A stretch of 45,397 bases of DNA, the filler included, from Jimgerdemannia flammicorona (taxonomy: Eukaryota), in the NCBI GenBank assembly GCA_003990765.1. It is 2 parts of 2 records of this genome, joined end to end, with 100 filler letters (N's around TTAATTAATTAA, not from the genome) between each part and the next. Parts side by side here need not be neighbours in the genome. Positions count along the whole stretch, not along the records: positions 1 to 22,656 come from RBNJ01001234.1; positions 22,757 to 45,397 come from RBNJ01001235.1. One strand, given 5' to 3'. Position 1 is the stretch's first letter. Every line of letters starts with the position of its first letter. Shown here piece after piece: positions 13,400 through 24,661 of the stretch. The position numbers were made by a program, and so were the translations under genes. The notes beneath the pieces are model-generated. The model had not been told where the DNA came from. It saw nothing but the letters and a program-made list of their open reading frames with translations, and made no database searches.

Positions 13400-14420
13400 G
13401 TAGAGAAGACAGTCTTTCCATACAAGCTATCAGATCAGAGTATAAGAAGATTATATGATATGACTCACTCAGACTATGAGATGAGTAATGATGACCAACC
13501 ATAAGTTATTGTAACCACAAGACAGATATCTTGAGGAATATAAAAGAAGGATCAAGAAACTGCAGTAGCAGCAACCTAAACAAAGCTTACAGAAATAGTT
13601 CCAAAGACTTACTGCAAACAAAATATCTTCTGCCTGCTAAACCTCAAGGTCCAGAAACCACCAAGGCCCCTCAGTTCAGAAAAGAATATTTCAAGACATC
13701 AGAAGAGTCATGAGGTACTGTACAAGAAGGACTCCTAGCCTCAACCTGGGTACTGGTAACTCTTATCATTATATCCTCTACTACTGAAAAATAGAAACAA
13801 GGATTACTATTGCTACTGAATACCTCTGGATATGGCAGGAGTATGAAATAGGAAACCCCCTCTGCCAGGAATTCTCTCAGGCCAATCACCAAGAAATATA
13901 AGATATCACTCCCTTAGATATATATGAAATAAGGATAGCTAAGAAGATTCATCAGGTCTTCAGGTATATATTGTAGTCAATCCCCAACTTGGAGTACACT
14001 AGAATCTCAGACTTCAAGAAACTATCAGCCTACTGTACCAATGCACTAGAGGCCATGGTGGCCACAGAAGCCCAGTTCACTATTACTCTTAATAGTGATG
14101 AGATAGGAGAGTTCTGAAATCTCATCCTCAAGGACAATCCTGATTAATTCCTGCAAGAATTGATCTCAGCATTTCAAGGCCCCAGTATCTAGATTAGACC
14201 TCCCCAAGACTCTACATTTATTCCTTATTTTGTGGAAGAGAATCTCATAGATTAGAGAGCCCCAGATCTCCTTGCTTTCCCTGCTGCTGAATGTAATAAT
14301 GTCATTCCTGATGACATCACTGCTGATGACATCATTCTGCACAACATATACAAATGGATGAAACATTCGTGGATCTCATTTCCTTCAGCAGTGACAAATA
14401 TGAAGCCCCAATGATCCTGA
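13400..14420 (+). pseudogene. Extra ORF of unknown function (copy B), upstream of an LTR
   Basis: IPNLEYTRISDFKKLSAYCTNALEAMVATEAQFTITLNSDEIGEF*NLILKDNPD*FLQELISAFQGP is homologous to copy A. Confidence 0.65.
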
Positions 14421-14432
14421 ATATAAGTTCTT

Positions 14433-16208
14433 AGTAACACTGAATTCTACCAGTATCCTTTTTCTGTGTAACTGTTATTCTTCTGGCATTCTGATCTTGC
14501 AAAACTCAGAAATTCTTCTAGTATCTTTTTTCTGTATTACTGAAATCTACTGGCATTATGAACTTATGCAACAATCTATACAGATACTTGAATTTGTACT
14601 TACAACTATAGTTTTCTGTGTTCCAGTATTTTATTTGTTTTTTGGACTTTATATTTAGCTTTATTACTTAGCTATCATTGAATTATATTTTGTATAAATA
14701 CCACTCTTATTTTCTTTGAAATAAAGTCAGTCAAGTTTACTTACACTCAATTCTATACAAGCAATCTAAGAGATAATAAGATAGTTTAAAAATAAGAAGT
14801 TTGAGGACTATAAGACCTTGGGAAGGCACTCCAATAAGAACTTGCTTATACAAACTTATGGGAGAGGCTCTTAGAAGTTAGAGAGGTCGCCACATCTCAC
14901 TAGCAGACTGGGTGTCGATTCTGAATATCTACTGGTTCCCAAAGCTGTGGTATATTGCTTATCACTTGAACTTCCCAGCTTGGGTGGTGAAGAGGCTAAT
15001 AAAGATGGCTAGGGCTTGGATTTGGACTGGGAGGCAGTCTCAGATCAGTTAGGATACCCTATCATTGCCAGTGGTAAGAGGAGGGCTAGGACTGGTAGAT
15101 CTTTCTAAGAGACTCCACAGCCTGCAAGCTTGGTGGCTGAAGCAGGCCACTGAACTACAGAGAGCAGGATGGAAACCACTAATACAGAAGGTATGAGAGA
15201 TGAGGTTCTCTCCAAGAGGGTCTTTGGAGAACTTGTTATCTTTAGTGGGTTTGGGTGGGAGCCATCAGTTAATATATAAAGGCTTCTGGTGGGGGGTGGT
15301 AGACAGAGCTCACCAGATAGATTTGTGCTGGCATAGTAATGAAGGTGAGATGCTATGAGGTCCAGCAATGTGGAGATGAGACAGACTGCTATTGAGGGGT
15401 ACTCCACTGATTGAGTTTGACATTAGTGATGGAGTAGAGTATTAGAGGGGATTGAATCAGGATATCTGGCCTGTCAGTTGGCAAGCAGTGGAGATTGGTG
15501 AGGAGTGGGACTAGACAGGAGTCAGATCATAGAGTGCTGAGGTAAGGAGGTGGCTTCTTCCCAAGTTCTGGGTAGTATAGTGGAGGATGCTTCAGAGGAT
15601 TGTTATGTTGAATTTCCATGCTGGGCATCTGGTAGATGGGGGATGACTGGACTGTGAGGAGTGTTATAATGTTGGACAAATTGGAGGATTTGTACAGATA
15701 CCAGAACATTGGCTGAGAGAGTGCAAGGTTCTGGGGGACTTTTGGTTAGAAGTAGGTAGGTGATTGGGGGTTAAGAGAAGACCAGATGGGGAGAGAGGTT
15801 GATGGGAAGATTTGAGAGCTAGGTTGGTGGGAGGTGTGGGCAATAACTGGTCCACTATAGTGGATTTTAGCTATATAGATAGGACTGGCTAGACATTGGC
15901 TCTTTGTTTTTGAGGAGGGGTAACAGATGGATCTGTAAGAGAAGTTGTTAAGATGGGAGGGGTTGTTGAGAGATTTATTGACAGGGTGGTGGATGGATTG
16001 GGGCCTACAGAGAGGGGGACCATTACTATCTGGTGGAAGGCATCTGCAAATGGAGTAGTGGATGAGTTGCAATTATTAATGACTTGGTGGTCTTTAATCA
16101 TAATAGAGTGAGGAGAGGTGGACCCCCAAGAGGGATCAGTTAGGGGTGGGTTCAATGTATTTATATCAGATAGATAGGTATATTAATAAAGGATAGAGTG
16201 CAAGAGAC

Positions 16209-16245
<37 letters not shown>

Positions 16246-16349
16246 CCATGTTATCTAAAAAAAAAAAAAAAAAAATACAAACTTATGGTTAGTCTAAGAG
16301 ATGAAGAGAATCTGATATATTTGAAGGACTCAGCAATCACTACATGACA
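14433..16349 (+). repeat. LTR of gypsy element 2, interrupted by LINE copy 3
   Basis: TATAAATACC (~14693) and AATAAA (~14720). 14740-14861 plus 16275-16349 is duplicated at 18366-18462 plus 19722-19831. Ends ...CTACATGACA and is followed by a TGG-type PBS. Confidence 0.75.
14862..16274 (+). mobile_element. 5'-truncated LINE (copy 3) with 14-bp TSD and double poly(A) tail
   Basis: ORF2 C-terminal sequence (VSILNIYWFPKLWYIAY, GGLGLVDL). TSD ATACAAACTTATGG at 14848-14861 and 16275-16288. Confidence 0.93.
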
Positions 16350-16352
16350 ACT

Positions 16353-16370
16353 TGGTGTCCATTGGCTGGT
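16353..16370 (+). promoter_or_regulatory. Primer-binding site of gypsy element 2 (tRNA not assigned)
   Basis: TGGTGTCCATTGGCTGG lies 3 nt after the LTR end. A decayed equivalent (TAGTATTCATTAGCTAG) sits on the minus strand near 39895-39912. Confidence 0.65.
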
Positions 16371-16399
16371 AATTCAAGATGAATCCCTCACTTTTAAGC

Positions 16400-18365
16400 T
16401 GAAAAATGAACAACCACCACAACAACTACCCTGACTACAAGAGTCACCCCTGCAAGAATTTAAGACAAGATAGAAATACATTCCCCTACATTCTATAGAT
16501 ATACTACTGAAGAGTCAATTCTGATCTTCATTGAAGACTTTGCACAATTCACTGCTATATGAGCTCTTACCATAGATGCATAATTGGCCCTTCTATCTGT
16601 CAGTCTCAGAGGATCTGCTAGAGACAAGTTCAATATAGCTACCATTGCTGATACTGATGCAACCAAACTTTCCAATATGAAGACCTTCCTCAGAACTATA
16701 TACTATACTGAAGAGATCATGTAAGCTCTCAAGAATCAACTCAATACTATCTGCCAGAGACTTAGTAAAGATTCCAACTTATTCTATACCTGAATCTGCC
16801 GCCAGATTGTCTTGGCTGGCTATGATGATATTCTTAAGAAACAAATAGCTGATTCAACCTTCCTCAAAGAAGTCTACCCTGAAATTTTCTGAGCAATCCA
16901 GTCTACTCTAGCTGCTCTGATCCTTGATCAGAAAGTGGTCTTTGCACAGAGATATTGGACTGCCAGACATTCTGCCAAAAACTCAATAGAGAAAATAACT
17001 GGCATCAAGATGGAGCCATTAAAGCCAACTAGTATCATACCAATCACAGTTGTAAACAGACAACCATCCCCACCTATCCCCAAGGCAGTCAAAGCTGACC
17101 CAGTGGAGGAACTCACCAAGCAGTTTGCCAAGATGACTGCACATCTTGGTGATGTTGTTAAAGAAGTCTGAAGTGCCAACAGAAGACCAGTACAGAGATT
17201 TACAGTTGCTATAGAAGAATGCAATATCATATGCTTTAGATATGAAGAAGAAGGCCACTATGCAAAGAGTTATATGACTGAAACAAGATGCAAAGCCCAA
17301 CTAAGCAATGCTATCAGAACCAGAGAACAAACTAATGCAGTAGTCATTGAGGAGATTGGTGATACTGATGATGAAGAATACTATAAGAAGTCCAAATTCT
17401 GCTTTATTACTGAAGGTACCAGAACCTTATTCAAGCTCTATAATAAGAAGAGCAACAGCAAGCTAGTTGAAAGACCAAAGAAGACCCCAGCTATCACTAT
17501 TCAAAGGAAGACCCAAACCAAGGAGATTGATCAAGACATAGAGTTAGATGAAGCTATCTACCAAATTATTAAAGGCACTATTTCAGTCTCAGGAGAAAGT
17601 GAAAGCAAGAAAGAACAGAAGCTATACAAGACTAAGATCTATCAGTATAATATCTACAAGAACCTCAAGAAACAGAAGGTCAATGCTACTTTTGGACAAC
17701 TAGCCAAAGTCCCTGCCTTTAGACAGCAGTTGAGAGTAGAACTTGCAACTACTATCAAAAACCAAGAGTACAAGATCATAAAAGCTCACAATGTACAAGA
17801 AGATGATTAAGAAAACTCAGGCAAAGAATCTGAAGACCAGTGCAAGACATCAGCCTATACTCTATATCAGATTGAAGATTGTATCTTTGATGTCATTATT
17901 GATATCAATCCTGGAGGATGCCTCATGAGTAAGAAGACAATTGACTGCCTAGGCCAGGATATTGAAGAATCCACCAAGATGATCTATATCACAGCAGATA
18001 ATACTCTAGATAAGATCTGAGAAGTTCCCATTAAGATTAGAGGAGTTACTATTTCAGTAAATATGATTGTTGTAAGTACTACCAACTATGATATTCTCAT
18101 TGACAACCAATGACTTCACAAGACCAAGACTGTCATTGACCTCAATGTCAGAAGATGTAAATCAACTATAGAGGAAGAATGATATGAGTCTTTATTAATA
18201 TATATAAAGAAGTACTATCAGACATAGAGGAAGGAGATAAAGAAGACACAGAAGTCTTCATGCACTCAGTATATAAGAATAAGAGAAAGACACCCAAGCT
18301 TACAGATGAGCAGTAGTACAATAAGATCATTGATGGCTATGCTTCTCAAGGAAGATGCCCCTATA
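16400..18365 (+). pseudogene. Gypsy gag and protease remnant (element 2); pol deleted
   Basis: Decayed zinc knuckle ICFRYEEEGHYAKSY (~17228-17275). Protease IFDVIIDINPGGCLMS...YDILIDNQ*L (17880-18120). Joins directly to the R/U5 part of an LTR at ~18366. Confidence 0.8.
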
Positions 18366-19678
18366 GTACTCACTCAATTCTATATAAGTAATTTAAGTGA
18401 TAATAAGACAGTTTAAAGATAAGAAGTTTGAGAACTATAAGACCTTAAGAAGGCACTCTAATGCTTGGGTGGTGAAGAGGCTGACAAAGGTGGCTAGGGA
18501 ATGGATTTGGGCAGGAAGGAGGTCCCAGATCAGTTGGGATACTCTTGCAACACCAGTGGACAGGGGAGGTCTTGGCCTTGTGGATTTCCCTAAGAGGTTG
18601 CACTGCTTGCAAGCCTGGTGGCTGAAGAGAGCGACTGAACTACAGGGAGGGGATTGGGTGCTTCTGATGCAGAAGGTGTGGGAGATGAGAACCTCCCCCT
18701 GAGGGTCCTCAGGAGATCAGAATTCGGCAGCTGCAATTTAAGGGCTTTTGGTGAGGAGTGGTCAATGGCACACACAAAATTGGTCTGCACTGGTGAGGCA
18801 ATGAGGGAGAGGTATTGTGGGGTCCTCGTATATGGCGATAAGATAGACTGCTTCTGGGGGGTGCTCCACTTATTACTTTTGATATTGGGGATGGAGTGGA
18901 GTGTCAGCAGGGGCTTGGCCAGGACCTTTGGCCGAGTGGGTGGCAGGTAGTCGGGATTGGCAAGGAGTGGGACTGGGCAGGTATCTGGTCTTGGAGTACT
19001 GAGGTATGGCAGTGGCTTCCCCCTAAGTTCTGGGTGTTGTGGTGGCAAATGCTATAGGGGAATGTCATGTTGAATTTCCACACCAGGCATCTGGTTGAGG
19101 GTGGCTGTTTTGACTGTGAGGAGTATTACAATGTAGGGCAGGTTGGAGGTTTGGTGCAGATGCTGGAACATTGGCTGGGGGAGTGTGAGGTTTTGGGGGA
19201 CTTTTGGGTTGAAATAGGGAATAGACTGGGTGTGGAGTGCAGGCCAGTGGGGGAAGGGGACTGCTGGAAGAACTTGAGATCTTGGTTGGTGGGGGGGGTG
19301 GGTGATAGTTGGCTCACTGTCGGGTGGGTGTTAGCAGTTTGAGTGGGTCTGACGGGACATTGGCTATTTGTGTTTGAGGAGGGGCAGCAGATGAGCCTGT
19401 AGGAGAAGGTTGTGAGGTGAGAGGAGCTGTTGGGAGATCTGTTGACTAGATGGTGGATTGGTTGGGGTCCTTCAGGGGGGCAGTGGTGCAGTTTGGTGGT
19501 AAGGATATATGAACAGAGTAGTGGAAGGGTTGGAATTGTATTCAATAGAGTGGTATTTCATCAGGAAGAAATAGAGGGGAGGGGCCCCCTAGGGGAATTG
19601 GATAGGGGTGGGTTCATTGTATTATATGGGATAGATGGATATAATAATGGATAAGTCCAAGTGACTATAAAAATAAAA

Positions 19679-19725
<47 letters not shown>

Positions 19726-19831
19726 GGCACTCTAATAAGAACTTACTTATAACAAACTTATGATTAGTCTAAGAGATACACCTTGAAGAAAATCTGACAT
19801 ATTTGAAGAACTCAGCAATCACTATATGATA
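18366..19831 (+). repeat. Partial second LTR of element 2 (U3 missing), interrupted by LINE copy 4
   Basis: CACTCAATTCTATATAAG...AGAAGGCACTCTAAT / ...CTCAGCAATCACTATATGATA matches the 14740-16349 LTR. Confidence 0.8.
18463..19721 (+). mobile_element. 5'-truncated LINE (copy 4) with 15-bp TSD
   Basis: AWVVKRL...GGLGLVDFPKRL and GCFDC...EHWLGEC. Family 3' end AAGTCCAAGTGACTATA-An. TSD AGAAGGCACTCTAAT at 18448-18462 and 19722-19736. Confidence 0.93.
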
Positions 19832-19969
19832 ATATATAGATTGAGCCAGTATCTCTAATTTCTATAATTAGAATATTGGCTCAAACTCCAGCAGAAATAT
19901 CTGAAGCATTAACAGATATGAGACACAATGTAAATATAACAGTATTTATCTAAAATTCCATTTATATAA

Positions 19970-20690
19970 TGTGATAAGTAAAAATTATCATATAGCTAGA
20001 TGATATATAAAGAGTATTTAATATATATAGTTATCTAATATAGTTATGTATCTATATGTATTACTATTTATATAAATAATTGAATATATTAAATGATAAC
20101 ACTCTATTCTCTAAAGAACCACCTATTTTCCAAAGGAATGAGAAGTTATATATATTTTAAATTAGTCTTACTATATATTCTATAATTACTCAGATAGCAA
20201 TCAGATAGTAATCATACTTGAATAAAATTTTCCTGAGATTTTAGTAAATAAACTATAGTCTGAAATCTAAGTTACATAAAAGTAAAAGATAATTCTATCT
20301 AATATACTTTGAGTAATATATCTAAATACTTAAAAGTAATATCTGCTCTAAACCTACTATTAGACAGAATGTAAGCTTTAATATTTTTTTCAACTCTGGT
20401 CTACTTTTCATATAAAGAATATTTATAACTAAGTTCAAGTAAAGAATATTACCAAAGGGATATTTATTTAGTTTTTTTATAAGATTAAACCTAAGATTAC
20501 TGCTGAGTTCCAAAGATATAACTCTGTATATTTATATAAATTCTAAGATCTATTAATGATAAACTATTGAAGATTTTATTACTTTTTAAAAAAGTAACTG
20601 AGGACTCAAGCTAATTTGCATAGCTCTTCTGTTTTATAATTTATCTCTATTAAGCTAGTAGGTTACATTTAGAAGCTCAACTAAGAAGAC
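19970..20690 (+). repeat. Decayed short-type LTR (19970-20667, TGTGAT...GTTACA) with decayed tRNA-Pro-type PBS
   Basis: 3' end is homologous to the LTR ends at 21257, 24662 and 40844. Followed by TTTAGAAGCTCAACTAAGAAGA, a G>A-decayed TTTGGGGGCTCAACTGGGAAGA. Confidence 0.75.
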
Positions 20691-20949
20691 TTTTAAAATC
20701 TATATAACTTTCAACTTATAGCACTCAATAGATAAATAAGATATTAATATTAATATAAGTATCTTTGATATAGTACAATTTTCTATTACTATAGAAGAAG
20801 AATTTTCAGCAATATTTTGATAGAAAGAGAAGTAATTATCTCCAGACTTATCAACTATCTGTTATCAGAAAGATTATAAAAAGAAAACAGTACTATATAG
20901 AACTCTCAATAATCAGTCTGTTCACTAAGTCTATAAATTGTAAATATAT

Positions 20950-21070
20950 TATAATATACTGACTCAATAGAGACAAATTATAAGATTAGAGCTAATATAT
21001 AAATTAGATTGAGCTCTCAGTAACTTTATCCAAAAATAACAAAATGTTCAACAGTTTCTTTCAGAAATGG
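20950..21070 (-). repeat. Fragment of the same LTR family (U5 terminus)
   Basis: TATAATATACTGACTCAATAGAGACAAATTATAAG...AAATAACAAAATGTTC matches 21257-21360. Confidence 0.7.
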
Positions 21071-21256
21071 ATGCAAGTTTTCCATTTTATATTATATAGG
21101 CAATTTTGGCAATATTTCCTAATTAGGCAGAATTGGCATAATATGGCAGATTCCTAGATCTCTTGAGCAAAACAGATATTCTTAAGTTGATAGATAACTT
21201 GGGTGATGTAGATTCTTCTTAAATCTGCAGACTTCTCAAAAAAATAATATAGATAG

Positions 21257-22539
21257 TGTAACGTGCCCAGCTCAATAGAGGCAAATTATAAGGTTAGGGG
21301 TTGATGTAGTTTGGCTTGAGCCCCCAGTTACTTTGCTAAAAAGCAACAAAATGTTCTATAATTCCAGAAGTCCTTGGTGTTTAGTGGTATAATAGTCAAA
21401 GCTGGATATCTGCAAGTGATTCTGGTGGTTTCCTATTGAGATGGTTCTCTGGATGTAGTAGCGATTTGTGTGTATGTGGTGGATGATCTCTGTGTAGCGT
21501 GATGGGTTTTCTTATGCGAGGCGGTCAGGCAATTTGGTGGTTTCCTTATGCGATTTCTGTGTGACAATCTTTTATGTGGCATGACGATCTTTTTTCTACA
21601 ATCCTGGTGGACTGGCGAATACCTCGATTTGGTGGAAACCTTGATAACTCGGATGGCGGATAACTCAAAAATGGTAGGATACAGATTCTTCCTGAACCGG
21701 CGGACTCTCTGGGAAATAACTCGGATGGTGGATAATTCGGATAACTCGGATAATGCAGATTCTTCCTGAATTGGTGGGTTCTCTGGGAAATAACTCGGAT
21801 GACTTGGATGGCAGGATTTCCTGGAAAGTTATATCAAAGACTGGCTTCGTTTGCATGAGGTTACATCGTAGACGGGCTCCACTGCAAAGTTGCATCAGAT
21901 AGACTGGCTTGTGGCAAGATTCGGGTTCTTCTGGAAATGGCGCTTGGCAAAGTTACATCAAGACTGGCTTCGTTTGCATGAAGTTACATCAAAAGAGACT
22001 GGCTTCACTGCAAAGTTGCATCAAAAGACTAGCTTTGTAGCAAGAGGGACTTCTCAAATTCTTCAGGCTTATCTGGCAAGTGAACCTAAATGTAGTGGAC
22101 TTCTCTTGAAAACAGACTCATTCTTTATATGTATTGGAAAGTGGACTAGAGTGGAAAGTAAGCTCACAAACTCCTAGTAGTGACTTTAGAGTTGTTCTTG
22201 CAGTGTAGTAGGCAGACTTGTCTTTTGCTTTTGAACTTTTCAGACTGAGGTTTATTCACTCTTGTCTCTGGGGTATTTTATACAGATTGGTTACTATCTC
22301 AGTTGCTATCTGAATAATTATAGAATGCACAGCATAGGCTAAATATAGTGTGTAACTTCCTCTATACCCTCAGGGTATAGTACCTTTGAGGTACAGTGCC
22401 TTCAAGATTCAGGTGTCTTGATCTGGATATCTGGTGATATTTATATAATTTCTGTAGCAACTAGGTAACTATAAGAGTAACTATGATATTATAATGATTA
22501 TATGTATTATTCTCTATTATGCTTATATCACTCATCACA
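21257..22539 (-). repeat. 3' LTR (1283 bp) of a minus-strand gypsy element, preceded by a polypurine tract
   Basis: Minus strand reads TTTTAGTGGGGGCTGA (22555-22540), then TGTGATGAG...GTTACA. TATAAATACCCC and GTGAATAAA lie at ~22282-22251. Confidence 0.85.
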
Positions 22540-22656
22540 TCAGCCCCCACTAAAAGATAGTCTGTTTTGAACTATTCTTTAGTCATTATTCCAGTAAGCA
22601 TAGGTATCTTCAGTATCAATATCTATACTATTTTTTTTTTTTTTTTTTTTTTTTTT

Positions 22657-22756
22657 NNNNNNNNNNNNNNNNNNNNNNNNNNNNNNNNNNNNNNNNNNNN
22701 TTAATTAATTAANNNNNNNNNNNNNNNNNNNNNNNNNNNNNNNNNNNNNNNNNNNN
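22657..22756. other. Artificial assembly linker (N44-TTAATTAATTAA-N44)
   Basis: Exactly 100 nt, with a palindromic six-frame stop cassette between two equal N runs. Confidence 0.97.
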
Positions 22757-24600
22757 GTGTGAGTCCATGGAGGAGGCCTACAATGGTTAAGGCATCTGTG
22801 ATTTCCATTGGGAAAGCCTCAGGCCACTTGGTCAGATGTTCTACAAATACAAGGATGTATTTGTTTCTTCTTAGTGGTAATTCATTTGTCTCAGGCACAA
22901 AGGGTGAGGGGGTTCGGGGAGGTGTTTCAGCTTGTTCCTCCTCATGCTCTTCATCTTCTTCTTGAATAATTCTTCTGCTGATGTTCCTGGATGGTCTTCC
23001 CACAAATCTCTTTCTTTTTTCTGCTGGATAGGCTGTCTTTCGGGTGGTAACTTTGGTAGGGTACAAGTCTAGATCGCTGTAGTCTTCACTGTTGCTTGCT
23101 TCCTCGAAATCTTCAACAGGATGAGCTTCAGTCTTCTTGTACTGAGTGTCATTCCTTCGGTTTGGTGGTTCTGAGTCCCTTCGGTCACTTCTTTTGTTGT
23201 CACATTTAGTGGCATAGTGTCCGAATTGTCCACAGTGGAAGCATTGGACTTGGGCTCTGTCTTGGGCAGGGTACCTTCTTTCTTCTTGCTGGTAATTCCT
23301 GTTATCTCTTGATGGATAACCTTGGCTCCTCTGTGGTGGGTATTCTCTGTTGTTTTGGTAGTCCTGATTTTTGCATGTGGTGAGTTTTTCAATCTGCCCA
23401 ACCAATTGGTCTAACTTGGAGCTGAGGTCTTGAATTTCCCTTCTGTCCTTCTTTCCTTCCTTGGCTGGCCTTCTTTCTTCAGACCTTTCTTGTCCTTGAA
23501 GGAGTCCTTGCAGGGCTTTGACCAGGATATCTTCTTTATCTTTCTTCTTGTCATGGTCACTCCAGGTAGTTCCTTGCCTGACATCAAAGAATCCTTGGGC
23601 TGCATCTACTTGCTCTTCAGACCTTCTGATGCCTAGGGTGCGGACATGCTGGGCAATATTCGGAGGAATTCCATTCATGAAGGTCATTGGACCTATGATG
23701 TCTTAGTTGGTGGCATTGAACCTGGCAGAATGCATTCTCTTCTGGATTCTTGTGAAGAAGGCTCTGGGTGATTCTCCAAGATTCATCTTCATTCCCATGA
23801 TAGATTCCTGAGTTTTGTGGTGGGTTTCATTTCCTGCATATTTTTCGATGAGCCAATGGACTATGGCCTCATATTCTAGCTCATCAGAGAATGCTGCTTG
23901 TATCTGTCTTGCCAGTTCCGAATCTGGGTTGTTTGCTGTTCAGTGGAAAATTCCTCTAGCTGGTTCTCTAAGCTGGGCTTTGTAGATGGCAATTTTTCTT
24001 TCATCTGAGAGGTTTCTCAGGGCTGCAATTCCTTCAATTCCATCAAGGAATTCTCTGGGGTCTTCCTCCAGGTATCCTGCAAAGGTTGGCAATGAGGTGG
24101 CCATTTCATCATCACTTTCTTCTAATTCTGGTTCAGGTTCAGGTTCTGATTCTGATTCGCTTTCTGAACTGTCACTAGAGACAGGAGTGCTTGAGTATCT
24201 TGAAGATGGTGTTCTGGTCCTTGGATGAGGTGGAATAGGCCTAGGTATTCTTGTAGGAGCTACTTCTGGTTCTGCAAGAGATTGTGGTAGGGTTCTATTG
24301 GTGAGATTGGTGGGACTGGTGTGGGGTGTCTGGCTGTAAAGTATTGGGTCCGGGTAATAAAGTCTTCTAGTTCTTGTGCAAGTTCTCCAAAATCTCTGGC
24401 AGGGCTGCCTGTATTGTCTGGTTGATCTGGTTGAGGATTTCGGGCTGTACTGCCTCCTGCTTCTGGTTGGGATCCTTCTGATGCTGGGTAGTTGGCAAGT
24501 CTTGAGGTGATTACTTCTCTTCCTGTCCAAATGCTAGTGATGACTGGTTCTCCTGTAGTAGCTGAGGTTGGTGTTGTATCAAATGTATCCAGTTTGACTA
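22757..24600 (-). pseudogene. Gypsy gag (lightly decayed) fused to an integrase-core fragment
   Basis: LPTFAGYLEEDPREFLDGIE (capsid N-terminus), FMNGIPPNIAQHV, CFHCGQFGHYATKC (23243-23202), then in frame NKYILVFVEHLTKWPEAFP (integrase). Confidence 0.88.
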
Positions 24601-24642
24601 TGGGTTCTTGTGAGCTGAAAAGTCACGTCGATTTTGAAATCT

Positions 24643-24659
24643 TCCCAGTTGAGCCCCCA
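24643..24659 (-). promoter_or_regulatory. Primer-binding site, tRNA-Pro-like
   Basis: TGGGGGCTCAACTGGGA lies 2 nt after the LTR end and resembles the known tRNA-Pro PBS TGGGGGCTCGTCCGGGA. Confidence 0.75.
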
Positions 24660-24661
24660 AA

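Noticed and set aside
18397..18702. 101-aa ORF as a novel gene
   Set aside because: Chance in-frame fusion of LTR sequence to the truncated LINE ORF2.
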